Shown: in pieces, positions 7,995-17,718 of the stretch
Layout of the letters: every line of letters starts with the position of its first letter
How positions within the stretch are numbered: position 1 is the first letter of the stretch
Virus record (IMG/VR): IMGVR_UViG_3300044556_000025
Coordinates: 1-64,000 of that record
Strand: one strand, 5' to 3'
Length of the DNA: 64,000 bases
Source: a virus
Taxonomy: Duplodnaviria > Caudoviricetes
Position numbers and translations under genes: made by a program
The notes under the pieces: generated by a model
Told to the model about the DNA's origin: nothing
The model's database searches: none
Seen by the model: only the letters and a program-made list of their open reading frames with translations

Positions 7995-10040
7995 GTGATG
8001 TACATGTATAAGATACATACAGAGACGCCTGAATATGTCGTAATGTCTTCCGACTTTAGTCAGCAAGAGCCTAGGCTTCTTGCATTCTGCGCTCGAAGCC
8101 AAGAGCTTATTGAAGCCTTTAAACAAGGTAGAGACATTTATTCGACAATTGCGGCTATCGCATATAACATGCCTTACGAAAAATGCCTCGAATTCAACCC
8201 AGACACAGGGGAGTATCAACCAGACGGCAAAGCTCGCAGAAGCGAAGCTAAGACAATTGTACTTGGCATTGCTTACGGTCGTTCTGTCCCGTCAATTGGC
8301 GAGCAGCTTTTTAGTCACAACGATGAAATGTCAGACGAAGACAAAACCAAAGAAGCTCAGCGCATTTACGATTCTGTAATGAAAGCTTTCCCAGAACTCG
8401 AAGCGTTGATGAAGAGCGCTCAGGCATACGCACGCAAGCACGGGTACACAGAGACAATCCTCGGTCGTCGGCGCCATCTCCCAGATATGACGCTCCCTGA
8501 GTTTGAGTTTAAGCCTCTGCCGGGATACGTTAACCCTGACATTGACCCGCTAGATTTGTCAAGTCTTGAAAACGCAGAGACAGGAATCCCTGAGTCTAGA
8601 ATTAAACAGCTAGAGCAAGAGTTTCATAAGTATAAGTATTTCGGTCAGATTGCTAGGCGTACCAAAGAGCTTTACGAGAAAGAACACATTAGAGTTATCA
8701 ACAATAGACCGAAGATAAACGATGCTCGTCGGCAGTGCGTAAACTGCGTAGATGACGAAACAGAGATACTGACATTAAACGGATGGAAGACATTTGACAA
8801 AGTTTCAAAAGGCGACGAAATAATTTCTTACAATTTAGGCAAGAACTGTCTAGAGCGTGACGTTGTGAACGAAGTTATCAGTGAAACCTCTGATGACGGC
8901 TTTGAGTTATATCATATGTACAACAAGAACTTCAATTCTATGTCCACGCTAAACCACCGTTGGGTGACGAGAACTGACGACGTAAACGATAGAAAGTATC
9001 GAATTTACGATACTTCGCATCTTGTGAGCGTAAAGAACCCCCGCTATCAAATTCTTCGAATTGCCGATTATGAATGCGAAGATAATTCACAGTTTTTTGG
9101 GAAAGTTGAATTTGTATGCGAGTCTATTTTCAAAAACAGTATTTCGTATAGAGACATATTGTCTTTGAGTGGCAGCTTTGCCAAAAAGTGCTATAGCTGG
9201 ATTTTCGATAATAAGTCTGCCCGCGGAGCTGTTGTTGTGAAAGACAAAGAGGTAGCAAGCAAGCTACAAACTTTGGGCATTTTAGCAGGAAAAGTTTGCA
9301 ACGTAAACGAAACAGTTTCTGTCGACGGAACTTCTTCTTATAGAGTTTCATGGTCTGAAATTAACAAGCCGTATAACGATGTTGCTAGGATAAAGTCTCT
9401 TAAGAAAGAAAAAGTTTCTAGAAACCACGTATGGTGCGTTTCGACAAACAACGGAACATGGGTTGCTCGTCGTTCGGGGACGTGCTTCATAACTGGAAAC
9501 TCTATTATTCAGGGTTCGGCAGCTGACTTTACTAAAATGGCATTACTAAAGCTCTGTCGAGATCCTAGATGGGAAGCGTGCGGCGGCGAGATATTAACTG
9601 TAGTACACGATGAAATCATTGCTCAAGCCCCTGTCGATTTCGCAGAAGAAGCTGGCAAGGTACTGCAGTCTGACATGGAAGGCGCCGGCTCTTTTCTGCC
9701 GTTCCCGATTAACTGCGATGTTACAACGACATACCGCTGGTACGGTCTAGAAATTCCTTGTAAGTTCGATGTACCTACAGACTTAAGCTTAAACTCTGAA
9801 AACGATCTTTCTTGGGTACAGTGGCATCTAGTCGAGATGGGGTTCGAGCTCCCTAATTTCAAAGACAAAAACGGAAACGACCCTATCGGCGATGCGGCTC
9901 ACGGAGTTTCAGGACAATTGTCAGATGAAATGATTAAAGCTATTGAAACGTACTGCGATCGTTATCATATCAGTAAGGACAGTTTCATAGATGACATTAG
10001 GCAACGTGTTGAAACTGGAATAGTAGAAAGGGCAAGTTAA
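7995..10040 (+). CDS. polA: Family A DNA polymerase, C-terminal half (motifs A/B/C), with intein
   Basis: DFSQQEPR, RSEAKTIVLGIAYG, IQGSAAD, VHDE. Confidence 0.92.
   Translation: MMYMYKIHTETPEYVVMSSDFSQQEPRLLAFCARSQELIEAFKQGRDIYSTIAAIAYNMPYEKCLEFNPDTGEYQPDGKARRSEAKTIVLGIAYGRSVPSIGEQLFSHNDEMSDEDKTKEAQRIYDSVMKAFPELEALMKSAQAYARKHGYTETILGRRRHLPDMTLPEFEFKPLPGYVNPDIDPLDLSSLENAETGIPESRIKQLEQEFHKYKYFGQIARRTKELYEKEHIRVINNRPKINDARRQCVNCVDDETEILTLNGWKTFDKVSKGDEIISYNLGKNCLERDVVNEVISETSDDGFELYHMYNKNFNSMSTLNHRWVTRTDDVNDRKYRIYDTSHLVSVKNPRYQILRIADYECEDNSQFFGKVEFVCESIFKNSISYRDILSLSGSFAKKCYSWIFDNKSARGAVVVKDKEVASKLQTLGILAGKVCNVNETVSVDGTSSYRVSWSEINKPYNDVARIKSLKKEKVSRNHVWCVSTNNGTWVARRSGTCFITGNSIIQGSAADFTKMALLKLCRDPRWEACGGEILTVVHDEIIAQAPVDFAEEAGKVLQSDMEGAGSFLPFPINCDVTTTYRWYGLEIPCKFDVPTDLSLNSENDLSWVQWHLVEMGFELPNFKDKNGNDPIGDAAHGVSGQLSDEMIKAIETYCDRYHISKDSFIDDIRQRVETGIVERAS
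8745..9500 (+). mobile_element. Intein (252 aa) in Pol-C with a degenerate endonuclease remnant
   Basis: CVDDETEILT, TLNHRW, VWCVST..ITGN|S. Confidence 0.9.
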
Positions 10041-11143
10041 TGAAGTTTACGCTAAATACTAAGCCTCTCGTAGCCGGACTAGATCTAGGTATTATCAACT
10101 CTAACATCACTAAGTTTTATCAGAAGAGCTGCATTGTCGAGCTCAACATCGAAGATGGTAACCTTCGAGTAAATACAGAAGTTTCTGCTATCAAGTCCGA
10201 GCTTGTGTTTAAGGGCAGCGTTTCCGGAGAAGATGAATACTCTCACACGTTCGTTGACAGCCTTCTTTTCAAGAATCTGATTAACTCCGTAGACAGTGAC
10301 GTAATTGACATTGAGATTAAAGAGGGCGGACTTACCGTATACTCTGGCAAGTCTAAGTTTAATCTGCCTCAAGTCGTTTCAGAATCTGACATGTCTCTCG
10401 CTCGTCCCGTAGAGTACACAGAAGCTTCTGAAGGGACTATCGAGGTCAATAAGAGCGACTGGAAGTTCGTACAAGACTACCAGATGTACGCAATCGCAAT
10501 GTCATTTATCCATCCCGTATATACTATGGCATGGATGGGCAATAGTGGGGACGTAATTGTCGGCGACTTCGACAATTCTATCTTCACGCATTCTAACAAG
10601 TCGCAGATGCCGTCTACGTGCCTTGTAACAGACACAATTGTCAACCTCCTTAACAACCTGCCCGAAGGATCTAAGCTCGTAAATCTCGGTCGTACTTACG
10701 AGCTCGCAGTAGTCCTCGACCCTTATAGCTATGTATGTGAGTTCTCGCCGAAGTACGAAGAGGACGAAGGCGTAGGTACGTACAACTCTGACATCATTCT
10801 GTCTTTATTTAATCACACAGACAGCGTCGAAGTTAATACCTCAAAGCTGTCTAAGTACCTTGCTCAGGCTGAGCTGTTTACAAAGACGAATGATGATACT
10901 ATTACGCTATCTCTTGACAATAACGTCCTTTCTCTCAAAAACGATAGTGTAAATTGCAACGTTGACGTAACTTCTAGCCTTAGTCCTTTTACGGTAGACT
11001 TCAAGATTCGATTCTTGAAGGACGCTCTCTCGCACCTAGACAGCGAAGATATTCATCTGTGCCCTCTAATTCAGGAAGATCAAGCCACGGGGATAATCCT
11101 CTGGACCGAAAACATGGAAACAGTTCTAGCCGGAATCGAGTAA
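10040..11143 (+). CDS. dnaN: Beta sliding clamp-like protein
   Basis: 367 aa; MKFTLN start; F..RFLKDAL near the C-terminus; located between Pol and DnaX. Confidence 0.75.
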   Translation: MKFTLNTKPLVAGLDLGIINSNITKFYQKSCIVELNIEDGNLRVNTEVSAIKSELVFKGSVSGEDEYSHTFVDSLLFKNLINSVDSDVIDIEIKEGGLTVYSGKSKFNLPQVVSESDMSLARPVEYTEASEGTIEVNKSDWKFVQDYQMYAIAMSFIHPVYTMAWMGNSGDVIVGDFDNSIFTHSNKSQMPSTCLVTDTIVNLLNNLPEGSKLVNLGRTYELAVVLDPYSYVCEFSPKYEEDEGVGTYNSDIILSLFNHTDSVEVNTSKLSKYLAQAELFTKTNDDTITLSLDNNVLSLKNDSVNCNVDVTSSLSPFTVDFKIRFLKDALSHLDSEDIHLCPLIQEDQATGIILWTENMETVLAGIE

Positions 11144-11147
11144 AACA

Positions 11148-11924
11148 GTGGGATTTATACGAATTTCTGACACCGTAAATGGAAAGTCAAGTAATTCGCC
11201 CGTAGCCCAGAACTTCAAGTCTATGTACGACAAGATAGTATTCGACAAGTATCAAAAAGAGGAGCAACACGTTTCTTCAAGGACGTTTGCTCCTTCTTCT
11301 TTTAGGTGCGATCGGCTGTCTTTCTTTAGGCTTAGAGGAGTCCCTGCGGACGAAAACGTAAACGTAGACAGCGTATTAAGCTTCTCTGCAGTTCTCGGGA
11401 CTGCAATGCACCGAGAGATTCAGTCAAATCTGAAGGAAGCTATCGGAGACAATTGGATAAACGTTCCCGATTTTCTAAAAACACATGACGTAGGTCACGA
11501 CTATGAAATTGGGAATAGCTCAGAGTTTGAAACACAGCTTGAATTCAAAAACCCTCCTGTAAGGTTTTCTTGTGACGGTCTTATAAAGATAGGCGAGACT
11601 GTATATCTACTTGAGATAAAGTCGTCTAACCCGCAGCCGTTTTCTTCTTTATACAAGCCTAAGCCAAATCACATAGATCAAGTTAAGTGCTATTGTGCGT
11701 TAATGAACATTGACAGGGCGTTGGTACTTTATCAAGATAGAATGTACGGGCAAACAAAGTGCTTCGAAGTAGACGTTCCAGACAGCGAGAAACAAGCTGT
11801 GTTTGACCGTATGGATAGAGTTATGGACTTCGTTAATAAATGTGTAGCCCCGCCAAGGCTCCCCAAAGGCGACTACTGGTGTACATATTGCAAATACAAG
11901 AAGCGTTGTGATAGCTGGGGTTAA
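11148..11924 (+). CDS. Cas4-like PD-(D/E)XK exonuclease
   Basis: C..R, GTAMH, DG..EIKS, Q..Y, C-terminal CTYCKYKKRC Fe-S ligands. Confidence 0.85.
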   Translation: MGFIRISDTVNGKSSNSPVAQNFKSMYDKIVFDKYQKEEQHVSSRTFAPSSFRCDRLSFFRLRGVPADENVNVDSVLSFSAVLGTAMHREIQSNLKEAIGDNWINVPDFLKTHDVGHDYEIGNSSEFETQLEFKNPPVRFSCDGLIKIGETVYLLEIKSSNPQPFSSLYKPKPNHIDQVKCYCALMNIDRALVLYQDRMYGQTKCFEVDVPDSEKQAVFDRMDRVMDFVNKCVAPPRLPKGDYWCTYCKYKKRCDSWG

Positions 11925-11926
11925 AC

Positions 11927-13831
11927 ATGACTAATCTCGCTCTTAAGTATCGTCCTAAGTCGTTCGAAGACGTAGTAGAACAAAGCGACGTAGTAAAGAT
12001 TCTAGAGTCTATGTGCGAGCAGCCGGAGCTTCACAATCGCAATTTCTTACTTGTCGGACCTCGAGGGTGCGGAAAAGCTAACCCTATGTATACAAATATC
12101 CTTACGCCTAGCGGGTTCAAAAAGATGGGTGATATTGAGATAGGCGATAAGGTATTCACGCATTCAGGAAGAGTAGCTATCGTTTCCGGTGTTTACCCTC
12201 AGGGAGTAAGACCTATATATAGAATCAGCTTAGCTGACAAAACGTATATTGACGTGTCAGATGAACATCTCAATATGATAACTGTATCTGATCGCACGTC
12301 TAGTAAGACTATTTGTGAAGACAAAATTATAAAGACCATTAATCTTTTTGAAGCCTATAAAAATAGTGATGCGTTCAAAGATTTCACGATATGCGTAAAA
12401 ACTCCTAGAGTTGACTTCGACAAATGTGACGTATTGTGTCCCCCGTATACGTTTGGAACGCTTATTAGGAACGGTGGTTTCGACGATACAGGGATACCTG
12501 AAGAGTATCTGTTTAATACGTTCTACTATCGAATCGATCTACTCAAAGCCCTACTGTATACTGACTACGTAGACAACAAGAGCTTAGCTAGTAGCAATAT
12601 TTTGAAAGGCAAAATGACACTGTTTTGCAATGGTGAAGCTTTGTCTTCTAGTATATCTTTTCTTGTTAGATCTTTAGGGATTGTAGACACTGTATATGAC
12701 TATTCACACTACATGAGTAACTTCGATATTGACGCAGACATCATCCGAGGAGGTCAGTTTGAGTTTGCGCATGTTCTTCATATTCCAAAAGATATTGTGA
12801 GCCTCATATTCGAGCCTGACAAAATTCTAGACGAAGACAATTACTCGCTGTTGCGGGAGATAACTTCTGTAGAGTACATCGGTGAAGAAAATTGTCAATG
12901 TATTATGGTTGACGATCCAGATCATTCATACATTTGTGATGAAGGGTTCATACCTACTCATAACACAACACTCGGTCGAATCATGGCCAACAAGCTGAAT
13001 AGCGGCTTAGGGTCCCCTATAGAGCTCGATGCTGCATCCAATAGCGGTGTTGATACTGTTCGTAATATAATATCTCAGGCTCGAGAGTACCCTATTGGGA
13101 CGAAGTACAAAGTTTTTATTTGTGACGAATGTCACGCATTTAGTCAAGCCGCCTGGTCCTCTTTGCTAAAGACTTTGGAAGAACAGCCAGCACGTAGCGT
13201 ATTTATCCTTCTAACAACTAACCCTGAGAAGATACCGCAAACTATACTCTCTCGAGTTCAAAAGTTTCGTCTGTCGACTATCAGCTTAGACGGAATTGTG
13301 AGCAGACTTAAGTATGTTATAGAGCAAGAAAACAAAGAAGGTCGCAACATAACATACGAAGACGAAGCGCTTACATATATTGCAAAGTTGGCTAAAGGAG
13401 GTATGCGTGATAGCTTAACGCTTCTGGACAAAGCTCTTGTGTATAGCAACGACATTACGTCTTCTAACATCAAAGTGTCTTTAGGAATACCTGATTATCA
13501 AGACTACTTCGACCTTCTAAACGCATATGCCAAGAAAGACAATTTGAAGACAATCGAAGTAGTTCAGAAGGTTTATAACTCTGGAACAAACTTCGTAAAA
13601 TGGTTCGAAGAGTTCCAGTCGTTTGTGATAAACATCGTTAAGTACGTTTATCTACAAGACATTAGTGAAACTATGATTCCGCCATATTACAAAGACAAGA
13701 TTTCTCATTATGGACCGAAACACGTTCAACTTTGTCTTCATCTTTCGCAAGTTCTAGTCGAGTTGATATCTAAAATTTCTAGGACAGAGTACATGGAAGA
13801 AGTAGCTATCTCGTACCTTATGAGGAAGTAA
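11927..13831 (+). CDS. dnaX: Clamp loader gamma/tau subunit with intein
   Basis: LALKYRPKSFEDVV, GPRGCGK|TT, ELDAAS, DECH, LLKTLEE, TILSR, GGMRD. Confidence 0.93.
   Translation: MTNLALKYRPKSFEDVVEQSDVVKILESMCEQPELHNRNFLLVGPRGCGKANPMYTNILTPSGFKKMGDIEIGDKVFTHSGRVAIVSGVYPQGVRPIYRISLADKTYIDVSDEHLNMITVSDRTSSKTICEDKIIKTINLFEAYKNSDAFKDFTICVKTPRVDFDKCDVLCPPYTFGTLIRNGGFDDTGIPEEYLFNTFYYRIDLLKALLYTDYVDNKSLASSNILKGKMTLFCNGEALSSSISFLVRSLGIVDTVYDYSHYMSNFDIDADIIRGGQFEFAHVLHIPKDIVSLIFEPDKILDEDNYSLLREITSVEYIGEENCQCIMVDDPDHSYICDEGFIPTHNTTLGRIMANKLNSGLGSPIELDAASNSGVDTVRNIISQAREYPIGTKYKVFICDECHAFSQAAWSSLLKTLEEQPARSVFILLTTNPEKIPQTILSRVQKFRLSTISLDGIVSRLKYVIEQENKEGRNITYEDEALTYIAKLAKGGMRDSLTLLDKALVYSNDITSSNIKVSLGIPDYQDYFDLLNAYAKKDNLKTIEVVQKVYNSGTNFVKWFEEFQSFVINIVKYVYLQDISETMIPPYYKDKISHYGPKHVQLCLHLSQVLVELISKISRTEYMEEVAISYLMRK
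12077..12964 (+). mobile_element. Ala1 (class 3-like) intein, 296 aa, in the Walker A motif
   Basis: K|ANPMYTNILTPSG, DEHLN, CQCIMVD, PTHN|T. Confidence 0.88.
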
Positions 13832-13832
13832 T

Positions 13833-14381
13833 ATGAAAATTTCTGACATTGAAGAATCTTTCAAACAAGACTTCGAAGATCTTGACGGGTGGGTAGATGA
13901 TAAATACCGGTCAGACTTCGGTACATATTTTACAAACATTCGAAATCTTTATGATCGTATGCAAGACGAGACTCGTCCTATCACTGACAAAGAGCTCGAA
14001 GAAATCTTAACAAACGTCCCTCTACAGATGTTCGCAGTGTCTGAGAAGCTTAATCAACTAAAGTCTAAAATTGAAGTTATCAAATTGCGTGTGAAAGAAA
14101 AGCGCCGTCAAGCTTATCTAGACAGCGAAGAAGTTACTGTCTCTAAGAAGACGAGCGAAGCAAACTTTGCGGTAGCAAACGACGAATTACTTATTCGTCT
14201 CTACTCTGACTTAGCAGACCGAGTTACATCTGAGATTTCATCGTCTAAAGAGCTTATTATGAGCGCAAAGAAGATATGGACGTCTAGACGAGAGGCTGAA
14301 AACGTTGCAAACGCTGCTCAAAACGTCGAACTTCCAGACTACGTAAACAACGACTATCAAGATAAAACATATATCAAGTAA
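13833..14381 (+). CDS. Helical protein, possibly a UvsY-like recombination mediator
   Basis: Coiled-coil character; directly upstream of RecA. Confidence 0.45.
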   Translation: MKISDIEESFKQDFEDLDGWVDDKYRSDFGTYFTNIRNLYDRMQDETRPITDKELEEILTNVPLQMFAVSEKLNQLKSKIEVIKLRVKEKRRQAYLDSEEVTVSKKTSEANFAVANDELLIRLYSDLADRVTSEISSSKELIMSAKKIWTSRREAENVANAAQNVELPDYVNNDYQDKTYIK

Positions 14382-14400
14382 TCAAGAGATTGGAATTAAC

Positions 14401-15534
14401 TTGAGCGCATTCGACGACATCATTAAACAGAAAGAGCGTGACTGGAAAGCTCCAGATATGATGGACCCTTCAAGCCGAGGCGAAAAGATACCGTTTAGCT
14501 CGCCACTAGTTAATTGGGCAACATATGGTGGCATCCCTCGTAATAAGATTACTGAGTTCTTCGGGCAGCCCTCCGGGGGCAAGAGCACTACGTCCATTGA
14601 CATTTGTAAGAACGCCGAAATAATGTTTCAGAAGGAATGGGAAGAAGAGTGCATTCGTCTTCGAGAGTCTGACAAGAAAGAAGACAAGTATAAGCTTGCA
14701 GATCTCGAGGATTCTGGGCCTCGCAGAATTCTATATCTAGACCTAGAACATTCGTTCGACACCGAATGGGCAAAGACACTGGGCGTAGACAAGACGAAGA
14801 TCTCTATTATGCAGCCGCCTGACGTCCCTGCAGAAGAAATCCTTCAGATGGTACAAGAGATGATTGAGTCCAACGAGGTAGGTCTTATTGTTCTAGACTC
14901 TATTCCTTCTCTAGTTCCAAGGTCTGTTCTCGAGAAGAAGATTGGCGAGCGAACTGTCGCAAGCTTAGCTGGAATCATGGACGTATTCATGAAGAAAACA
15001 ACACAGCTGCTTATGCGATACAGCACTACGTTACTCATGATTAATCAGATTCGCGACAATATGGATAACCCATATGTTGTAAACACTCCCGGCGGTCAGG
15101 CTGTCAAGTTCTTCTGTAGCCTTCGAATGCAGTTTACGCTTGGCAATCCTATTGACTTTGTAGGAAACGAACTCCCTGTGAAGACAGAAGATCCTGCGGG
15201 TTACGTCATTAAGGTTCGAATTGCAAAACAGAAGTCTGCCCCTAATGACAGACGCAACGCTTCGTACTTCTTACTTAATCAGTCAGGAATTAAGCCAGAA
15301 ATGGATTATGCACAGCTAGCTATTAAGAAGTACGGAATCATCAAGAAAACTGGTGCCTGGTTCACTATCTGCAACCCCGAAACCGGTGAAATTCTAGAGG
15401 AAGAAGAGACTGGTAAGCCCGTAAAGCTTCAGGGGCTTCCTCGCGTATACGATTATATAGAGACGCATAAGTCATATTTCGATGCACTTAAAGAATACAT
15501 AGAAAACGACATAAATAATAAGAACGAAGTATAA
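14401..15534 (+). CDS. recA: RecA/UvsX recombinase
   Basis: GGIPRNKITEFFGQPSGGKST, DLEH, VLDSI, INQIR, TPGG, GAWF. Confidence 0.95.
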   Translation: MSAFDDIIKQKERDWKAPDMMDPSSRGEKIPFSSPLVNWATYGGIPRNKITEFFGQPSGGKSTTSIDICKNAEIMFQKEWEEECIRLRESDKKEDKYKLADLEDSGPRRILYLDLEHSFDTEWAKTLGVDKTKISIMQPPDVPAEEILQMVQEMIESNEVGLIVLDSIPSLVPRSVLEKKIGERTVASLAGIMDVFMKKTTQLLMRYSTTLLMINQIRDNMDNPYVVNTPGGQAVKFFCSLRMQFTLGNPIDFVGNELPVKTEDPAGYVIKVRIAKQKSAPNDRRNASYFLLNQSGIKPEMDYAQLAIKKYGIIKKTGAWFTICNPETGEILEEEETGKPVKLQGLPRVYDYIETHKSYFDALKEYIENDINNKNEV

Positions 15535-16016
15535 TGTCAGCACATGGTACAAAATACTATTCAGATCGTCAAGAAAAGATGGTTGCTTCGTACCTTACGT
15601 CTGAATTCTTGCCTTGGCATCAGGTAACTGGTAGCGGCTCTCGTCCGAATTTGCTAGGTGATGTTGTATGTGAGTCGTGGCTCGGGGAGTGCAAGACACA
15701 CGAAAGGCGAACAGACAAAGTAACGTTCGTTTTTTCTGTCGTAAACAAAATAGATGTAGAAGCTATATCGAGCTTTAAGAAGTTTGCTCTGTTTGTAGAT
15801 GACGGGTCACAATTATCTCAGAACACGGCAGTTTTGTTCAAATCTGAAATAAATAAAGACACAAACACTATTGATGTTAACGACAAGTCGTCTATAAGGC
15901 TTTCTATCAAGGAGATAAAAGAAAACGAGCCGATATATCTACTCAGGGGCAATTCGTTATACGAAGTAGTAACACTTTCTACGTTTAAATATTTACTAGA
16001 CGGGCAAGAAATCTAA
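15534..16016 (+). CDS. Holliday junction resolvase-like PD-(D/E)XK nuclease
   Basis: QE..VA, GSG, GDV, ECKT. Confidence 0.75.
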   Translation: MSAHGTKYYSDRQEKMVASYLTSEFLPWHQVTGSGSRPNLLGDVVCESWLGECKTHERRTDKVTFVFSVVNKIDVEAISSFKKFALFVDDGSQLSQNTAVLFKSEINKDTNTIDVNDKSSIRLSIKEIKENEPIYLLRGNSLYEVVTLSTFKYLLDGQEI

Positions 16017-16901
16017 ATGTTGTCTATCTTAGACATAGCAAAAGACATACAATCCGGGTCGCTAAGGAAATGTTACTTCTTTACCGGCCCGGATTATGGT
16101 GTTAAGCTTCAATATCTTAATACGTTTGCTACTATGTGTGACAATAACGTCCAAGAGCTAGACTCATTCGAGTCTGCGCAGAATTTGTTGTCTAGGCGAA
16201 CGCTTATACCTAGACCAAAAACTGAATACATTATCAGATATAGTCAATTTTCTGACATCAAAGGCTGCAATCTGTCTAGTTTGAAATTCTTTGGGACTAT
16301 TGTATGTATAGAAGACAGCGATGACCTAGAGAGCAAAATTAGTAAATTGTATCCGAAAAACACTGTCAGATTCAATCATTTGACTCCTACAACGTGCTTC
16401 AAACATCTATCTTCTAACTACTCTAAACTTCCGACAAGGCTTTTAGAGTGTATTTCTAGGTGGGACGTAGACTATTTAGACGCTTGCAATATGTGCGAAG
16501 CTCTCTCTGCGTTAGACACAAATATGCTGTCAACAATGAATGAGCTGGACATAAAGAAGTTGTTCGACTACAATAACTCGTACGCGTCTCAACGACTTAA
16601 GTCTGCCGTATTAGCTCGAGACTTTAGATACGCAATTAGACAAGTGGACTTATTCGATGAAGATGTCTCGTTCTTGTTTTATGACATATTGTCTTCGTAT
16701 CTAGATATAATTAAAGTTTTAGAGAAACCTTCGTATTCTTCTTACGCAAAACAGTATTCTAATAGGTGGACACTTTCTTCTGCAAAATATATGTACAGAA
16801 TAACGTTCGACCAGTTAAACAAAATAAGGATGTATCCTAATTACGATCCAAAAGACGCACTGATTTACGTATTAGCTTTACTTCAATTTAGGGTAGGCTA
16901 A
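16017..16901 (+). CDS. Clamp loader delta-like subunit
   Basis: DIQSGSLRKCYFFTGPD resembles the HolA N-terminus; context. Confidence 0.65.
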   Translation: MLSILDIAKDIQSGSLRKCYFFTGPDYGVKLQYLNTFATMCDNNVQELDSFESAQNLLSRRTLIPRPKTEYIIRYSQFSDIKGCNLSSLKFFGTIVCIEDSDDLESKISKLYPKNTVRFNHLTPTTCFKHLSSNYSKLPTRLLECISRWDVDYLDACNMCEALSALDTNMLSTMNELDIKKLFDYNNSYASQRLKSAVLARDFRYAIRQVDLFDEDVSFLFYDILSSYLDIIKVLEKPSYSSYAKQYSNRWTLSSAKYMYRITFDQLNKIRMYPNYDPKDALIYVLALLQFRVG

Positions 16902-16902
16902 C

Positions 16903-17673
16903 ATGGATTTAGGGTTTCAAGAATTTGCGTTAGAAAGACTTAGATACATAGCTAAGAACGATAATCATAGTGTTCTTATATCTGGCATTCGAGGCTGCGG
17001 GAAGACATATCTTGCAAGCTGTTTTGCAAAGATGAAAAATATAGATACGTTTCACTCTGTTCAGCCAAAAATTTCAGAGATACGAAACGCGCTAGATGAC
17101 AGCTATAGTCTAGATGACAATCAAGTTATCTGTATAGAGAATCTAGATGATGGTGTAGTAGCAGCTTCGCAAGCGTTATTAAAGTATCTAGAAGAGCCAC
17201 GTAAAAATACCTATGTTATAATAACGTGTGTAAACGAAGCTAGTTTAACAAACACAATACCTAGTCGGTCAATTTCTGTTCACGTCAACCCTCCGTCTAA
17301 TAAAGACTTGTCTGCTTATCTCAATAGGGTGTGCCCAGACCCTAAGAGAGTAGAAGGCAGTGTCGCATTCGAAAGCTGCAAGTCAATATCTGATGTCAAG
17401 TATTTGTCTACGTTAGACTATACAAAAGTTAGATATTACGACAAGTTTGCGACAAACGCTTTCTTTAAAAAATCGACAGATTCTGTTTTATGGGAGTTGA
17501 CGCACTACGAAGATAACTCTAAGTGCGATCCGGTATTAGCTCTAAGGTGCGTTCTAGCTGGTGAATGTGATTACAATCTAAAGCTCAATGCTTTAGATTC
17601 GTTAATCGTATTAGAGTCTAAAAGATGCTCGGAGTATTCTGTACTTGGAAACTTTGTTACATCAATAAGGTAA
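16903..17673 (+). CDS. Clamp loader delta'-like subunit
   Basis: HSVLISGIRGCGKT, ALLKYLEEP, TIPSR. Confidence 0.8.
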   Translation: MDLGFQEFALERLRYIAKNDNHSVLISGIRGCGKTYLASCFAKMKNIDTFHSVQPKISEIRNALDDSYSLDDNQVICIENLDDGVVAASQALLKYLEEPRKNTYVIITCVNEASLTNTIPSRSISVHVNPPSNKDLSAYLNRVCPDPKRVEGSVAFESCKSISDVKYLSTLDYTKVRYYDKFATNAFFKKSTDSVLWELTHYEDNSKCDPVLALRCVLAGECDYNLKLNALDSLIVLESKRCSEYSVLGNFVTSIR

Positions 17674-17718
17674 GAAAGATCTTACATTTACATTCGTTAT
17701 TGTCGTTCTAAAGAAGGG

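Noticed and set aside
11148-11924. CRISPR-Cas system
   Set aside because: A solo Cas4-like nuclease in a replication operon; no repeat-spacer array or other cas genes were seen
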